Source: Eledone cirrhosa (Eukaryota). Taken from it: a stretch of DNA of 64,000 nt. Position 1 is the stretch's first letter. Every line of letters starts with the position of its first letter. The translations under genes were made by a program, and so were the position numbers. Shown piece by piece: positions 43,220 to 58,720 of the stretch. The DNA lies in assembly GCA_964016885.1 (NCBI GenBank), contig OZ024753.1, positions 12,028,001 through 12,092,000 on the forward strand, in the 5' to 3' direction. The notes beneath the pieces were generated by a model. That model did not search any database and was not told the DNA's origin. It was given only the letters and a program-made list of their open reading frames with translations.

Positions 43220-43295
43220 GTTTTTTCGTCACACATATGTTACATCATCAGTGGTACGATTTTGTTTCCTCCCGGTGTAATGTAATGTTTGATTT
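42748..43295 (-). mobile_element. PLE pLTR relic with hammerhead motif, interrupted in its TA tract by the 42945-43186 palindrome
   Basis: ttggggagggtcatattgtt start. Minus CTGATGA-T-GTAAC..GTGAC-GAAA at ~43251-43223. Confidence 0.7.
42945..43186. mobile_element. Spacer-less ~204 bp palindrome plus ~38 bp tail in (TA)n
   Basis: About 102 bp arms centred on gacgtc (43046/43047), with few mismatches. Confidence 0.85.
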
Positions 43296-43304
43296 GTGAA
43301 AAAG

Positions 43305-43495
43305 AATTGTTTCTACTTTTAGCACAAGTCCAGCAATTATCCTAGTGCATTACTGATGCTTTCGTTTATCGAACCCGTAAGGATGAAAGACAAAGTTAAC
43401 CTCGGCGGTATGTGAAAGCAGACCGTAAAGGGGCCGTAACTCTATGCTTCAAAGAATAGCGTCCGTCCCTCTACCGATACTGCAAATACACCATT
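43305..43495 (-). mobile_element. SINE family A
   Basis: Reverse complement of family consensus. Confidence 0.85.
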
Positions 43496-43960
43496 CTACT
43501 TGATTTGTGAAGAATAATGTAGAATTAGGTCCTGAAAACGGTAATAATTGAGGCATCAAAATGAATAGATTGGACGAAAATATAAGCATTGATTCTTCTT
43601 AAATAAAAGTATAAACACATACATTAGAAGCAATAAATATATGTTTTGTTGATACATTCAAAAACTTGATCAATACCATATGTCAAGTAAGTTGAAAGAA
43701 GATGAAATAATTTACCTACACGTCTAGATATTTCCTCGTTCCAAGATAGCATACTTCTATCTATATGAAATAATAAAATACACAGTAAACTACATATATA
43801 CACATACATAAATATATATACATGTATACATATACACACGCATATATAACATACATACGTACGTATGTGCGTATATATATATATAAATGTGTGTGTGTAT
43901 ATAAATAAATATATATATATATACGTATATGTGTTGTATGCGTGTATGTATGCATGCGTG

Positions 43961-43999
<39 letters not shown>

Positions 44000-44039
44000 A
44001 TGCATGCATGCGTATGTGTATATATATATATATATATGA

Positions 44040-44189
44040 TATAGAAGGGAGATGGTCTTAACGTTTCGGACGCTAGTCATTCATCAAAAGAAAGAATGAG
44101 AAATGAGATAGATTGATGAAACGAGCGAGTTTGAATTGGAAAAAATGTCTTTAGATAAAAATAACAGGTCCATTCATGTTGACATCTCT

Positions 44190-44231
<42 letters not shown>

Positions 44232-44615
44232 GGGAAAGAGTGAGAAGTCCGACGGCTGAACACCGACTGTTTCGACAGCCTTCGGGGTCCTGACTTTTTT
44301 CCTATTAGTTGAGTGGGTAATAGGAAAATACTCAGGACCCCGACGGCTGTGGAAACAGCCGAACTTCAGCCGTCGGGCTCCTGACTCTGTTCCTATATAT
44401 ATATATATGCAAGAGATGTCAACATGAATGGACCTTTTTATCTAAATACATTTTTTCCAATTCCAACCCGCCCATCCCCTCAATCTATCTTATTTCTCAT
44501 GCTTTCTTTTGATAAAAGACTAGCGTCCGAAACGTTAAGACATTCTTCCTGCTATATCAAGCGTTACTGTACCGATTGTGTTGTTATTCCTATTTACCTT
44601 TTACATACATAGAAA
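44040..44615. mobile_element. Inverted pair of hammerhead-bearing repeats with a hairpin-family element (44232-44393) nested in the central (TA)n
   Basis: 44040-44195 is the reverse complement of 44405-44557. Motif TCTT-TTGATGA-ATGAC(TAGC)GTCC-GAAAC-GTT-AAGA on minus at ~44092-44056, with a variant on plus at ~44505-44540. Confidence 0.75.
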
Positions 44616-44864
44616 TATATATAGACACACGTACCAGATGAGAGTAACAAGACTCACGTTTGTCTTTAAGGAAGATTATATAGGTTTATGAGTACACATT
44701 TCTGTGGTTGGTGTTATTAAAAAAAACAAAAATAGGTAGTAACTTCACCACTATCATGCTAGTCGACACACTGATCAATCGGCCCTCTGAAACGATTGTA
44801 AAACAATGAACTCACTCTCTATCTACACCTGCCTTTTGTTTCTATTTTGCAAACACATACGTAT

Positions 44865-44920
<56 letters not shown>

Positions 44921-45103
44921 TATATACACATACAATACATAGAGGGGAAAGACACAGAAGAGTGTGTTTTTCTATTACAGGAATTTCAAACCACTAGCGT
45001 GAAGAGAATATGAGCTAATAGAGGCATAGGAACAACATTAAAATTAAAAGTATAAATTAAAATTAAAACCGACCTCAGCTAAGTCACACATGTACAAACT
45101 CAC

Positions 45104-45190
45104 CAGGAGAATGTTTCGCCATTTAAGTGGGTTCCAATTCGGCGGCCGTGTGGGTCATCAGCATTTGGAAGGCCGATATTGTCCGCACTA
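45104..45190 (-). CDS. Candidate 87 nt symmetric (phase 2-2) coding exon, product unknown
   Basis: Acceptor tttagttctctgtAG, donor ctg|GTGAGT. The only open frame is SADNIGLPNADDPHGRRIGTHLNGETFS. GC-enriched unique island. Confidence 0.4.
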
Positions 45191-45459
45191 CTACAGAGAA
45201 CTAAAGTAAACTATCTTTCGCACATATAGATATACGGGAAATGCGTGCGCGAGGCAGTCACCGGTGGCATGAACAGAACAAGCTGCTAGAAATGGCAGCC
45301 ATATACTATTCAGTTTATGGTGCTCAGCAGCAGCAGAGAGAGCGCAAGGAACAAATATCAAGTAAAATAACGGAGCAAAAGACTCGCGTATAATCCAGTA
45401 ATTAAATAAGCTCAAAGGAAAGAGTTTTCCTGGGCACTTATATATATATATTCCTAACG

Positions 45460-45890
45460 ATCGACTTTCGTCAAATCGGACCGAGGAAACGGTGTTTCCA
45501 TTGGGCTTTCCAATTGCTAATACTATTTATCGGTCGCAACTCCAGGTAGGAGCAACGTGAAATAAAGTGTCTTGCTCAAGGACATAACGCATCGCCCGGT
45601 CCAGGAATCGAACTCACAACCTCACGATTGCGAATCGAGTTCTCTAACCACTCAGCCACACGCCTTCACAAAAAGGAACTATCGACTTTCGTCAAATCGG
45701 ACCGAGGGAACAATGTTTCCGTTGGTCTTTCCAATTGCTAATACTATCTATCGGTCGCAACTCCAGGTAGAAGGAGCAACGTGAAATAAAGTGTTTCGCT
45801 CAAGGATATAACGCATCGCCTGGTCCAGGAATCGAACTCACAACCTTATGATTGCGAATCCAATTCTCTAACCACTCAGCCACACGCCTA
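45460..45890 (-). mobile_element. Tandem ~220 bp duplication, each unit with a SINE family B 5' part
   Basis: Minus strand tggctgagtggttagag (A box), gagttcgattcc (B box), gtccttgagcaagacactttattt. Confidence 0.8.
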
Positions 45891-46519
45891 TATCTAGTGT
45901 GTGTGTAAACCAATGATGGTAACTAAGGAATATAAGCAGAAACGTTCATACTTTTTATAACTCCATGTCTTGCTTGAGATGTTTAGATATTTTCCACGTA
46001 TATATTGCAGAAGCTGATGCTGTTTTCTCCAACATCAACTACAATATGCATTCTGAACATTTTCGATGTATATTTGGGTCCTGAAATCCATATATTCTTT
46101 ATATGTAATGTAAAACATATAACGTTTAAATTTGATGGTTTACCACAGGGTAGAATTGGTTATCTGCAATGCTAACTATAACGGAATATGAGAAAAGCAC
46201 TCGATATTATGCATCTCATCCATCTTCAATGATGAATCATGTTGGTGGTGCGGGAGCGGAGTAAATGTATTATAAAGTGAAATGACGGGAGACCAAATAT
46301 GTTGAATTTCCTTAATTCTTTATTCCTGCAAACACTATGCACATTTCAGTGGCCAGGTTACATAAGAACCCGGTGACCTCATCAGCTGTAAATAGCGTAA
46401 TAGATGTATACCAACGAAATGATGGTAAATTTTAAGGAAACAAGCTGAGGAAATAAGTGTGTGTTATGTTTTTCACCCAGAGACGGACCTAGTAGCATGC
46501 TACCACATTGCTCTCCCGC

Positions 46520-46552
<33 letters not shown>

Positions 46553-47899
46553 ATACAGACGCACGCGCGCGACTTAGGTTGACGTTGAATAACGATTTGG
46601 TTTACCTGTAGATGACATTTGACTCTCCAACTTGGAAAATAATTGTTGGGGATAGGAATTATTGACTAAATTTCGCTATATTTTTTGCGAAATATATTAG
46701 CTTTGTGAGTATGTGAATAATTAATAGATATATTTATCTCTATTCTTAAGCACAATGAAGCTAACGTTAAGAAAACTATTCTAACAAGCTTACGTCTCAT
46801 ATGGGATAATATACTACTCAGCAGTCATTTATCATATATATTGTGTTGAAAAAAGTATATTTATATTTCTTTTTTAAAAACCACATTTATTGATTCACAA
46901 GTAATACTTACCGTAATAGATTCTTCATTCTAATGAAATAAGAACATTTTTTTTTCCATTTCTTTTCTCCTCTTTCATTTATAAATTGTTGTCATCCGGG
47001 ATTTGTGTTTTAAATTGCTGATAGGAAGAATGATCAATATTACATGCCACTAACAATTCTTATCTGAAAATTCAATTTGAATTCCAATGAAAAGAATTGC
47101 AAAATCAAACCACATCTCTTATTTCGTATTGGCTGTTATCAGTTAAACAATAAATTTAGCTTTTTTTCTAAAATGTAATTATTCATATATTTTTTATTTT
47201 AATTTCTGGTCAGTAAACTTCAGAAATATATGGCACAAATTCTTTATTTCTTATTCAATAAATTCTTCCTATGGGATTTATTTCGCACATATTGCCTTGG
47301 TTATTTAATTTCTACATAAAAAAGACAAAGAAAAGAATGAGCTTTCTTTAAGAAATTTATATTTACCATTCTATTTCAGTTATTGATTTATTAAATATTT
47401 CTGATGAAGCCATTTAAGATCAATGCTAATATATTCCATTTTGAATCTATTTGAATCACATTCCTTTCATATTCAATTTCATTACTAGATTGGTTCGGAT
47501 GATCTTTCCTCGAAGCTTCGAAAACAATACATCCTCAGCCAGTAATTGAAACGTTAAGCAATTCTAAAAGAATTCAAATCATTTTGAGATTTTAGGATAG
47601 AATATTAAGGAAAATTCTTCGAATTCCGTGACAAATATTGAATAATTTATGAGTGCATTCCTATTCTATAAGATTGCCATTCATATATGGAATACTATTA
47701 TTAAGCCTAAGTATTATATCTCAACATACTTAGGTTATGTAAACCAGCATGATCTTTGCAAAAGCTGCCTCTGTACTTTAAACGAATAAAATATTAGTAA
47801 TGACTCCTAAGACATGACATATATATTAATATATATATTGTGTGTGTGTGTACATATGTATATATGTGTGTGTGTATGTATTGATATATATGCCTGATC

Positions 47900-50920
<3,021 letters not shown>

Positions 50921-51400
50921 CTAGCAGGAATACAATCCTTTGGTGGTTTTATGCTAGCATGAGTAGTGTGTATATTGATATTATACGCAAGTATATATAC
51001 ATTTAGATATGATACATCAAATAAAATTGTAATTGACAATATACACAGAAATTGAACGAAGACTGTGTTACACTGTCTTATGTTATCAGTAACGTAATCC
51101 ATGATATATTAAAAAGACGATATTATATATAAACAGCATTAGTAGAAGATTAGTGACGGAAATATATGAATGTTTATTTAAGCGATCACTAACCGGAAGT
51201 GTTGACATTTGATAATTTTAAAGAAGTGAATGTTTAAATAAATAATAAAATAGATTTAATCAACAGCCACGAAATTTAGTAGATACATTATGTAATATTC
51301 ATTCATTATTTATTCAAACTAATCCAAATCGTGTTACTAATGGGATAAACAAGTATAAACCGTACGCAGTCCCGCACTCCTTTCTTTATTATGGTTTAGA
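50921..51400 (-). mobile_element. Non-autonomous Helitron copy
   Basis: 5' A|TCtaaaccataataaag, 3' degenerate hairpin plus CTAG|T. Homologous to 51741-52297. Confidence 0.75.
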
Positions 51401-51740
51401 TATATTGCATTGCTAGTGAGCATGGTTACTTGTATTAACTTAGGAGTGCCGAAACTAAACCATATTTACTTCTTCAGATTAGGTCATGGACATATTTACC
51501 TCCGATATAGATACACTAACAATGAAATCATACATTGACAAACTAAAATGGCGTCGTATTATGCTTAGAGATAAAAAATAAGAAATCATTAAACATAACT
51601 CATGGAATGTTATCTCAAATAAGTCATTTCCTCTTTTGTTTCTACTGTTTCTAGCAGATCAGCAAAAAACAAAGAAACTAAATAATTTGAAAATATAACA
51701 TTTTGCAATATTTACATTGATTAAAGTGAGTAGATATAAA

Positions 51741-52297
51741 TCTTAAATATAATAAAGAAAGGAGTGCGGGACTGAGTCCTGGATACATTTTTTTATCCAG
51801 TTAGTAAAATAAGTTGGATTACTTGGAATAAATAATGAATGAGTATTATATAATGTATGTACTAAATTTCGTAACTCTAGATTAAATATACATAATTTTA
51901 TTGCTTATTTCAAGATTCATTTCTTTTAAAATTTTCAAATGTCAATACTTCCGATTATGGTATAATGGACTCAATATCACATCGCTTAAATAAACGTTCA
52001 TATATTTGCATCGTTATTTCAGGTTTATATTTCTGTCGCTATGTTACTCCTTTTTCGTTTCCATTACCTTTCCCCGTAATTCAGTTTATATATAATATCG
52101 TGTTTTTAAAATATATCATGGATTACTTTACTGATTACAGAAGAGAGTGTAACAGACTCTCTTCAATTTCTGTGCATATTGTCAATTGCGATTTTATTTG
52201 ACGTATCATATCTACATGCATATACATTTGCGTATAATATCAATATACACACTAAACAAGTTAGGAGAAAACCACCCGAAGGGTGGTTTTCGGCTAG
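51741..52297 (+). mobile_element. Non-autonomous Helitron (557 bp)
   Basis: A|TCttaaatataataaag start, perfect hairpin gaaaaccacc-cgaag-ggtggttttc, CTAG|T end, no TSD. Confidence 0.8.
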
Positions 52298-52314
52298 TAT
52301 TAATAAAAACACAA

Positions 52315-52510
52315 TTGGCAGTATCGGTAGAGCATCGAATAACACGCATTATAGCTTCGAGTTACGATTCTTTACGATCTGAGTTAAAATACTGCCGAAG
52401 TTATCTTTGCTTTCGGAGTCGATAAAATAAAGTACCAGTAATACACTGGGGTCAATTTAATGGATTTTTTTCCCTCGCCAAAAATAGTTGGCCTTTTGCC
52501 TACGCCCTAA
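52315..52510 (+). mobile_element. SINE family A (older variant)
   Basis: ttggcagtatcggtagag head, gtcgataaaataaagtaccag body. Confidence 0.75.
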
Positions 52511-54947
52511 ATCAATATTAATAAAGACACATCAATAAATATGCAATAATACATAAAACAATGATTATAGATTAGAGTAGTTTTGATGCTCGAAATGGAT
52601 CCCCCAAAATGCTAAGAGGGAGTTAGACCAACATGCGACAAACTATGTTAGTCTAACATATCAGCGACACTGCCCTCTCCCTGTTGTTACTGCCGATGCA
52701 TGGCATTGATGTCTAATAGGCAAATGCTTAATATGACTCAAATTCCACGTCCATGATTCTCATATTTAAGTATGAAGCGATGGCATTACTCGAAATCGAG
52801 TTGCAGCCATCATCCTCATATATGTATGTATGAATGTTATATATTTGATCAGACCACTATTGCACATCTTCAAAAGCAATATAAGCTGCCCATCCATTGG
52901 TGCAGAAGAAATGTTTCGAGATGCGACTGATGTTTCCTCACATAATTCCTACCAGAATCATTATAACCACTAAATAACAAAATAACAACAAAAAAAAAAA
53001 ACTAACCAACGAAAAAAAAACTTCAGCACCAGCAACAAGTGTAAAATCATTAACAAGATTAGACAATTCAACTCTGAATAATTAACAAGGAAGCATTAGT
53101 GATCGAATGCATTAATAAGAGAGTGCTTTTTTTTTCAGAAAGTATCAAATAATTTAAGAAAACTATACGAAGTACAAACCTTTTATACAAAAGGATGCTT
53201 CACAATTTCAAAAAGCAACAGATTTTCTTATGTTAATTTTCATCCTACATATTACTATACACCTCATGAGTGAAATGAATATGTACAGCATTATTGAAGT
53301 CCAGGTTTTTATACTATAAATTCTTTTGTAACGCATTTACCTAACGAATTGTTGTTTCTTTACAAACTTTCACAATGATTAAAGTAATTTCAACACAGTA
53401 TACAAAGTATATATGTTCGTTTGTCTTGTTGTATGTTTTGAAAGTGTTTATATAGAAAAACACACTATGTACAGAATATACATGATGAAACATGCCCTGA
53501 ATCGATGTTTGCGTGTAACATTGTATCGTCCAATTGTATTGATTATTGTTAAGTTTTACCGCATGTTTAACTATTTCTAGAACCAATGGTATGATGGATG
53601 TCAATAAAAAATATATACATCTCCAGAGATTTGCGCTGAGAAACGTATACAAAGTACGTTGAGTTCAGATAACTTTATAAGCTATATCCGTTTTTGAAAT
53701 AACTAGAACAAAGAATAACAGTGTAGTAAAAATAAATCCCATTAAATTTTCTATTGTGGATGCATTTCAGACATCTAGTTAAAGATATCCAGCTGTGATA
53801 CTGTGTTATATTTGCAAACCATTTAGACATGTTAGTTCTCAAGAATCTCAAAAAGAATATCATTTGAAAAGCATATTGCCTAAGGACTTCTTTGCTAAAT
53901 ATTTTTTCCTCTATTCATTTTATTCAAGACAGAAATCTATTGCTTATTTCGATGGGATAGTTATTGTCAGATATTTGCAAAGAGTCAGAATTATTTACAA
54001 ATAATTGTATTTTCGGCTTTGAATAGTAAAATAGTTATTTTCTGTGTGAAGTGAGTTCTTTCTTATACTTTGGGCAATGTAAGTTTGAAGGCTATATGAT
54101 TAATGTAAGACTTTTGAATTTATTCGATATATCATCTGGCACCCTTTTTTATTTTTCCAGTCATGATCAATTTTAACCCCACTGCTATGATATTTCTCAA
54201 TCTATGCTGTTGTATGGAGAAACTTACTAATTTTCTTTACTTTACCCGTATTATTTATTTTATGTTCGTCTGAGATTTCTGTTTCCAGTTATTTTCCCAT
54301 ATGTTTATGGTTTCTTTTGTTGATACAATATAACGTATTTACACAGCTCTTTTTTGTTCAATTCCTTATAAACTATTTGTTTTTTCGAAACATTATATTA
54401 TTTAAATTATTTTTTATCGTCTCTCAAACCACTTAGTTCTCATTCTTTCCCTTTCACCAGCTGAATAAGAAATATCTTAATTTCGTTAAGTTTGACTTCG
54501 TCTACACATTTATATTTTTTGCATAGATTTGCTCATTTCTTTGTTGTGTATATTTTAGATATATTATTTTAGATTTCAGATATTATTACCATGTGTTTTA
54601 TTTACTAGTTAATGTGCGTCTACTTCCAGACGAGATCTGTTGTGAAACTTTTCAATATCTTATATTTTTTTTCATATTGATTCAAGCATCTTCCGTTATT
54701 TCACAGACTATTGTGTGCGATAGTGTTATATATATATATATAATTCTCTACTTTTATTATTGTCGTGAATAATATTATTAATGTCTTAATATTAATGCTA
54801 TAATGTATTTACTTGGCTATATCTCTTGAATTGCAATGAATTCTATTCTCTCTAGTTACAATTCAATTCTAATCATTTTTATCTGTTCCTTGAAATCATT
54901 TCCTTATATGGCAAATTGATTGTCTTCATTATTATTATTTGTACAAG

Positions 54948-55175
54948 GGTGGTGGATTGGAGGTATCGGTAGAGGGTCAGACGACCTGCTTTGCAGCATA
55001 GTTACGCCCCTTTACGGTCTGAATTCAAATAACGCCGAGGTTAACTTTGCTTTTCATCCTTACGGGGTCGATAAAATGAAGCACTAGTAAAGCACTGGGG
55101 TCGATTAAATCGACTTTCCCATCCTCTAAAAAAATTGCTGGCCTTGTGGCTAAAGTAGAAACAGTAATTATTATT
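54948..55175 (+). mobile_element. Full-length SINE family A (longer variant with ggggtcgattaaatcgac segment)
   Basis: Family head, body and tail. Confidence 0.85.
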
Positions 55176-55283
55176 ACACCTGAATAGGTAACTGGTGGCT
55201 CCGGACGTTTCCCCGTTCATGCGAGTCTGGTTTTATATTATAGAAAACGAAGAATCAGTGATGCATCCAAACTCAATTTATTA

Positions 55284-55376
55284 ACATATTACAATTGTTT
55301 CTCCGGCGAAAAGGTCGAGGCACGATCTATTTATGGATCAAACCTGACTCTGGATTCGCAAGTTCTTCAGATACGT
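55284..55376 (-). ncRNA. Hammerhead motif with enlarged domain II, inside fold-back insert 55238-55475
   Basis: ACGTAT-CTGAAGA-(62 nt)-GAAAC-AATT-GTA-ATATGT. Stem I is 6 bp and stem III is the palindrome ACAATTGT. Confidence 0.5.
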
Positions 55377-55479
55377 CTAGCGACTTCGAAGCAAATCTTC
55401 CGTCAAAGTACTGATTCTTCGTTTTATATAATATTATACTCTGCTCTGGATGTCGGTGAGCATATCCAGCTAACCTCAG

Positions 55480-56735
55480 TCACCTCTAGGCTACTTTCGA
55501 GCTGACTTTTGGGAGGCTCCCGTATAGGTCTGAGTTCTACATCTTCAGTGTATAGTGATTAATGTTCAGAGCCATCCTCGGCATTCTAGTGTAGCACCCA
55601 TCCACCATCTGAGTGAGTTTCTTGGTCAGTACCCAAGTCTCAGACCCGTACAACAACGAAGAGATGGATCTTCAGGTCTTTATGAAGGTCCGACTTCCAT
55701 ACCGATCTCAAACTGCGGCACGCAGTCCAGGCTTAGCTCTTCCTCTCAAAAACATCATCCTCTCTGTTTCTAATCTTCCCTCCCAGATACAGGAAGTCCT
55801 CAACTAACTCTAGCGGCTTCCCGCCAACATTCATAATCTTTCCTGGCTTCTTAATATTCTCTACCAGATACTTCATCTTAATCTCATTCATTCTAGGCCC
55901 CACACGTATCGACACAGTCTACACCTCCTGCATCAGCTCCTCTGTCTCCTTCACTGTGTTTGTCACCAGAACTATGTTGTCGACAAATTCAGCCTCCGAT
56001 TTGTTGTTTGCCTTAACTCTCCTGCCCTGAGCCCGTGCTACAGTAAAGCCAGAGTCCTGGCGTCTCTCCAGCCTAAGGCGCATACAATAATCCACTGCGA
56101 TGATAAAAAGGTAGGGAATCAATGTATCTTCCTGGAACACTCGAGCCAGTATCTCAAAGAACTCCGTCATCCCATCAGGTGTAATGACTTGTGCTTTGGT
56201 GTTGATGTAGAGCAGTGATATCAGGTCCACTATCGTCTTGGTGATTCCATAAGCCTGTAAGATCTTCATCAGGTAGTTACGGTCCACAGAATCAAAGGCC
56301 TTCCTAAAGTCAACGAAAACCATGAGAACAGGACAGGAAGGCTCTTTTCTCTAGCTCCCTCTAATATCCTCCTCAGCATCAGGACAATTGGTGGTTGATC
56401 TTCCCTCACAGAAACCGCTCTGGTTGTCTCTGATCTTTTCCTCTATCTCAGGCTGGATCCTGTTAAGAATCATCCTGTTGAGGATCTTTGCCAAAAGTCA
56501 CGTCAGTGAGATCCCCCTCTAGTTGTTGGTGTTAGAGAGATCTCCCTTCTTTGGCACTGGGATGATGTTACTGATACTCCACTGATTCGGGGCAACTCCT
56601 TTCTCCAGTGCCTGGTTACAGAACCCCAGGTTGATATCATCAAAATCACACCTCTTCATCACCTCTGATGCTACTCCATCTTCTCCATGAGCCTTGCCCT
56701 CCTTGATCTTCTTCATAGCTCTCATCAGCAGTGAA
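55480..56735 (-). pseudogene. Frameshifted LINE reverse transcriptase (RTE-like)
   Basis: KAHGEDG, IIPVPKKGDLS..N, FVDFRKAFDSV, V.Q.DTL.PYLF, (Y)VDNIVL, VEDFLYLGG motifs over several frames. Confidence 0.85.
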
Positions 56736-56867
56736 GAACACAACGAATGCTGCAGTAGGAAGAGTGGGCTTTGTTTTCAGTTCAAAAACCTATATATTGG
56801 TGAAAGAAATCTTACCTGTCTCCCGCGAGTGTTGAAGGTGACCTTCAATGGAAACCCAATATATATA

Positions 56868-57696
56868 CGAGGTGTGTCAGAAAAGTTCCAGGACTGATGT
56901 CTCAAATGATTTATTTCAAAGCCAAATTCGCCCTAAGAGTTTTCTCCTTCAGAGTAATCCCCTTGGAATCTAATGCACTTTTCCATCCTTTTCTGCCACG
57001 CTTGCATGCACTCCTGGAAGTATTCTTCCGGGTTGCTCCGAGGTTCCCTCGTCATGGCCTTTTTGATGTCGTCCACGTACTCTAAAATCCATGACTCATC
57101 ACTTGTGATGACTGTCCCTAGCAAGTCTGGTTCGGTTTCAAGACGCTCGAGGATGTCCTGGCACACTTGCATGCGCCGACCCTTCTGGTCATCGTTCAGC
57201 AGTTCTGGCACCATCTTCGCGCAGACTTTCCGCATGTCGAAATCTTCAGTGAGAATCTTCCAGACGCTGTCCCGATACATGCCCAGCTCATTTGCCATCA
57301 GTCGAACAGTCAGCCGACGATCGCTACGCACCATCTGCCTGAGGCGCTCAACGTTGAGCTCAATCCTGTTTGTTGAGGACCTTCCCCTCCTGGGGTTTTC
57401 TTGCACCACTAAAAGACACGTGAGCGTGACATCGTCTCATCTCCATACACTTGCTGCAGCAATCCCAGTGCTTCTGACGAAGTTTGTTCGTTGCTATCTG
57501 CTCATTGCTTGACGACCTGAAACAGAGGACATGTATATAAAATTATGAAGAAAAAAAGTCTGATCGCTGCAGAGAGCTAAGATTACAGATACATACTCCA
57601 GGGGGATGACTTTGAAGGAGAAAAGCCTTAGTGTGAAGTTTGGGTTTGAAATATATCGTTTGTGACATCAGTCCTGGAACCTTTCTAACACACCTC

Positions 57697-57697
<1 letters not shown>
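56868..57697 (-). mobile_element. Internally deleted mariner transposon
   Basis: TIRs TA|cgaggtgtgtcagaaaagttccaggactgatgtc. ORF 56933-57409 has DRRLTVR..A.ELG, KVCAKMVP, ITSDESW fused to KCI..QGDYSEG. The second and third catalytic Asp region is deleted. Confidence 0.9.
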
Positions 57698-57743
<46 letters not shown>

Positions 57744-57784
57744 CGATATTAAATAAATGGAAACTATATTTATAAAACCATATT

Positions 57785-57849
57785 TATTTCATTATACATA
57801 TTTCAGGGATACCAAATTAAAATATGGCATGCCTTCGTCAGATAAAATA
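57785..57849 (-). ncRNA. Type I hammerhead motif in a ~215 bp insert between (TA)n tracts
   Basis: TATTTTAT-CTGACGA-AGGCATGCCA(10 nt)TGGTATCCCT-GAAA-TATGTA-TA-ATGAAATA: 8 bp stem I, extended stem II. Confidence 0.65.
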
Positions 57850-58720
57850 CAATATATAAACAGTTTTATAAATAATTTTGACGTACCCTATTAGAAGCGA
57901 CCATTATTTATAAAATATTTACTTGTTGTATCCCAACAATTTTAAATAAAACTTTTACATATATATATATATATTTATATATATATGTTCTTGTTTTCTA
58001 TTATAAGCCTAAATTTCTCTTTATCACTCTTTCTCTCTTCGCGCACGCACGCACGCGCACATGCCCATGTATATACATATGTAAACACGCAGTCAAACAT
58101 ATTAACACAGGAATATACGCCCGCATATATGTGTGAGTGTGGGTGGTTGTATATATATATATATATATTTATATATGGGGTTGTATATATATATATATTT
58201 CGTTTCTGAATTTGTTTAGCAAGATTCTTTATCTGAAATCGTGTGTTGAAACCGATATTGTTATACTTTGGGAGGGTCATGTTGCCAATAAGAAACACAC
58301 GCACCAGTTGCTTTCACTTCAATTTATTATATATTTATAAATTTATAAATTTACAAGTTTACAAACCTATAAATTTCTGGTTGGTTTGTTGGTTCCACAA
58401 CCAGATAGTTGTTTATATATATATATAGTCATAGTCCTTTCGTTACACACTCTGTGACCTCTTCAGTGACTGGGGATTCCTTTCTTCGTTTCTGTGCCTT
58501 TCCTTTCTTCTATCCTACGCCATTTTGTTTCTGTGTGTGTGTGTTGTGTGCTCAGTTTGCGCATGCGCCACATCCGGGTGTCTGTGTGTGTTTGTGTTCA
58601 TTTTTCTATTTTTCTATTTATATTTTTCTATTTGTTTGTTTATTTATTTATTTATTTATTGTTGGTTGGTTGTTTGTTCTATGTGTGTGTGTGTGTTTTT
58701 ATTTTGTCCTTAATTGTAAG

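Noticed and set aside
46900-47700. Possible highly decayed hAT transposase C-terminus on the minus strand; similar AT-rich unique tracts at 5400-6640 and 53340-54600
   Set aside because: Only faint motif resemblance with many stops; needs a translated profile search.
58494-58720. Hydrophobic N-terminus of the 245 aa ORF as a membrane anchor on the nuclease
   Set aside because: It is read-through of the inverted pLTR (low-complexity GT/TTTA); the same peptide appears at 59215-59505 on the minus strand.
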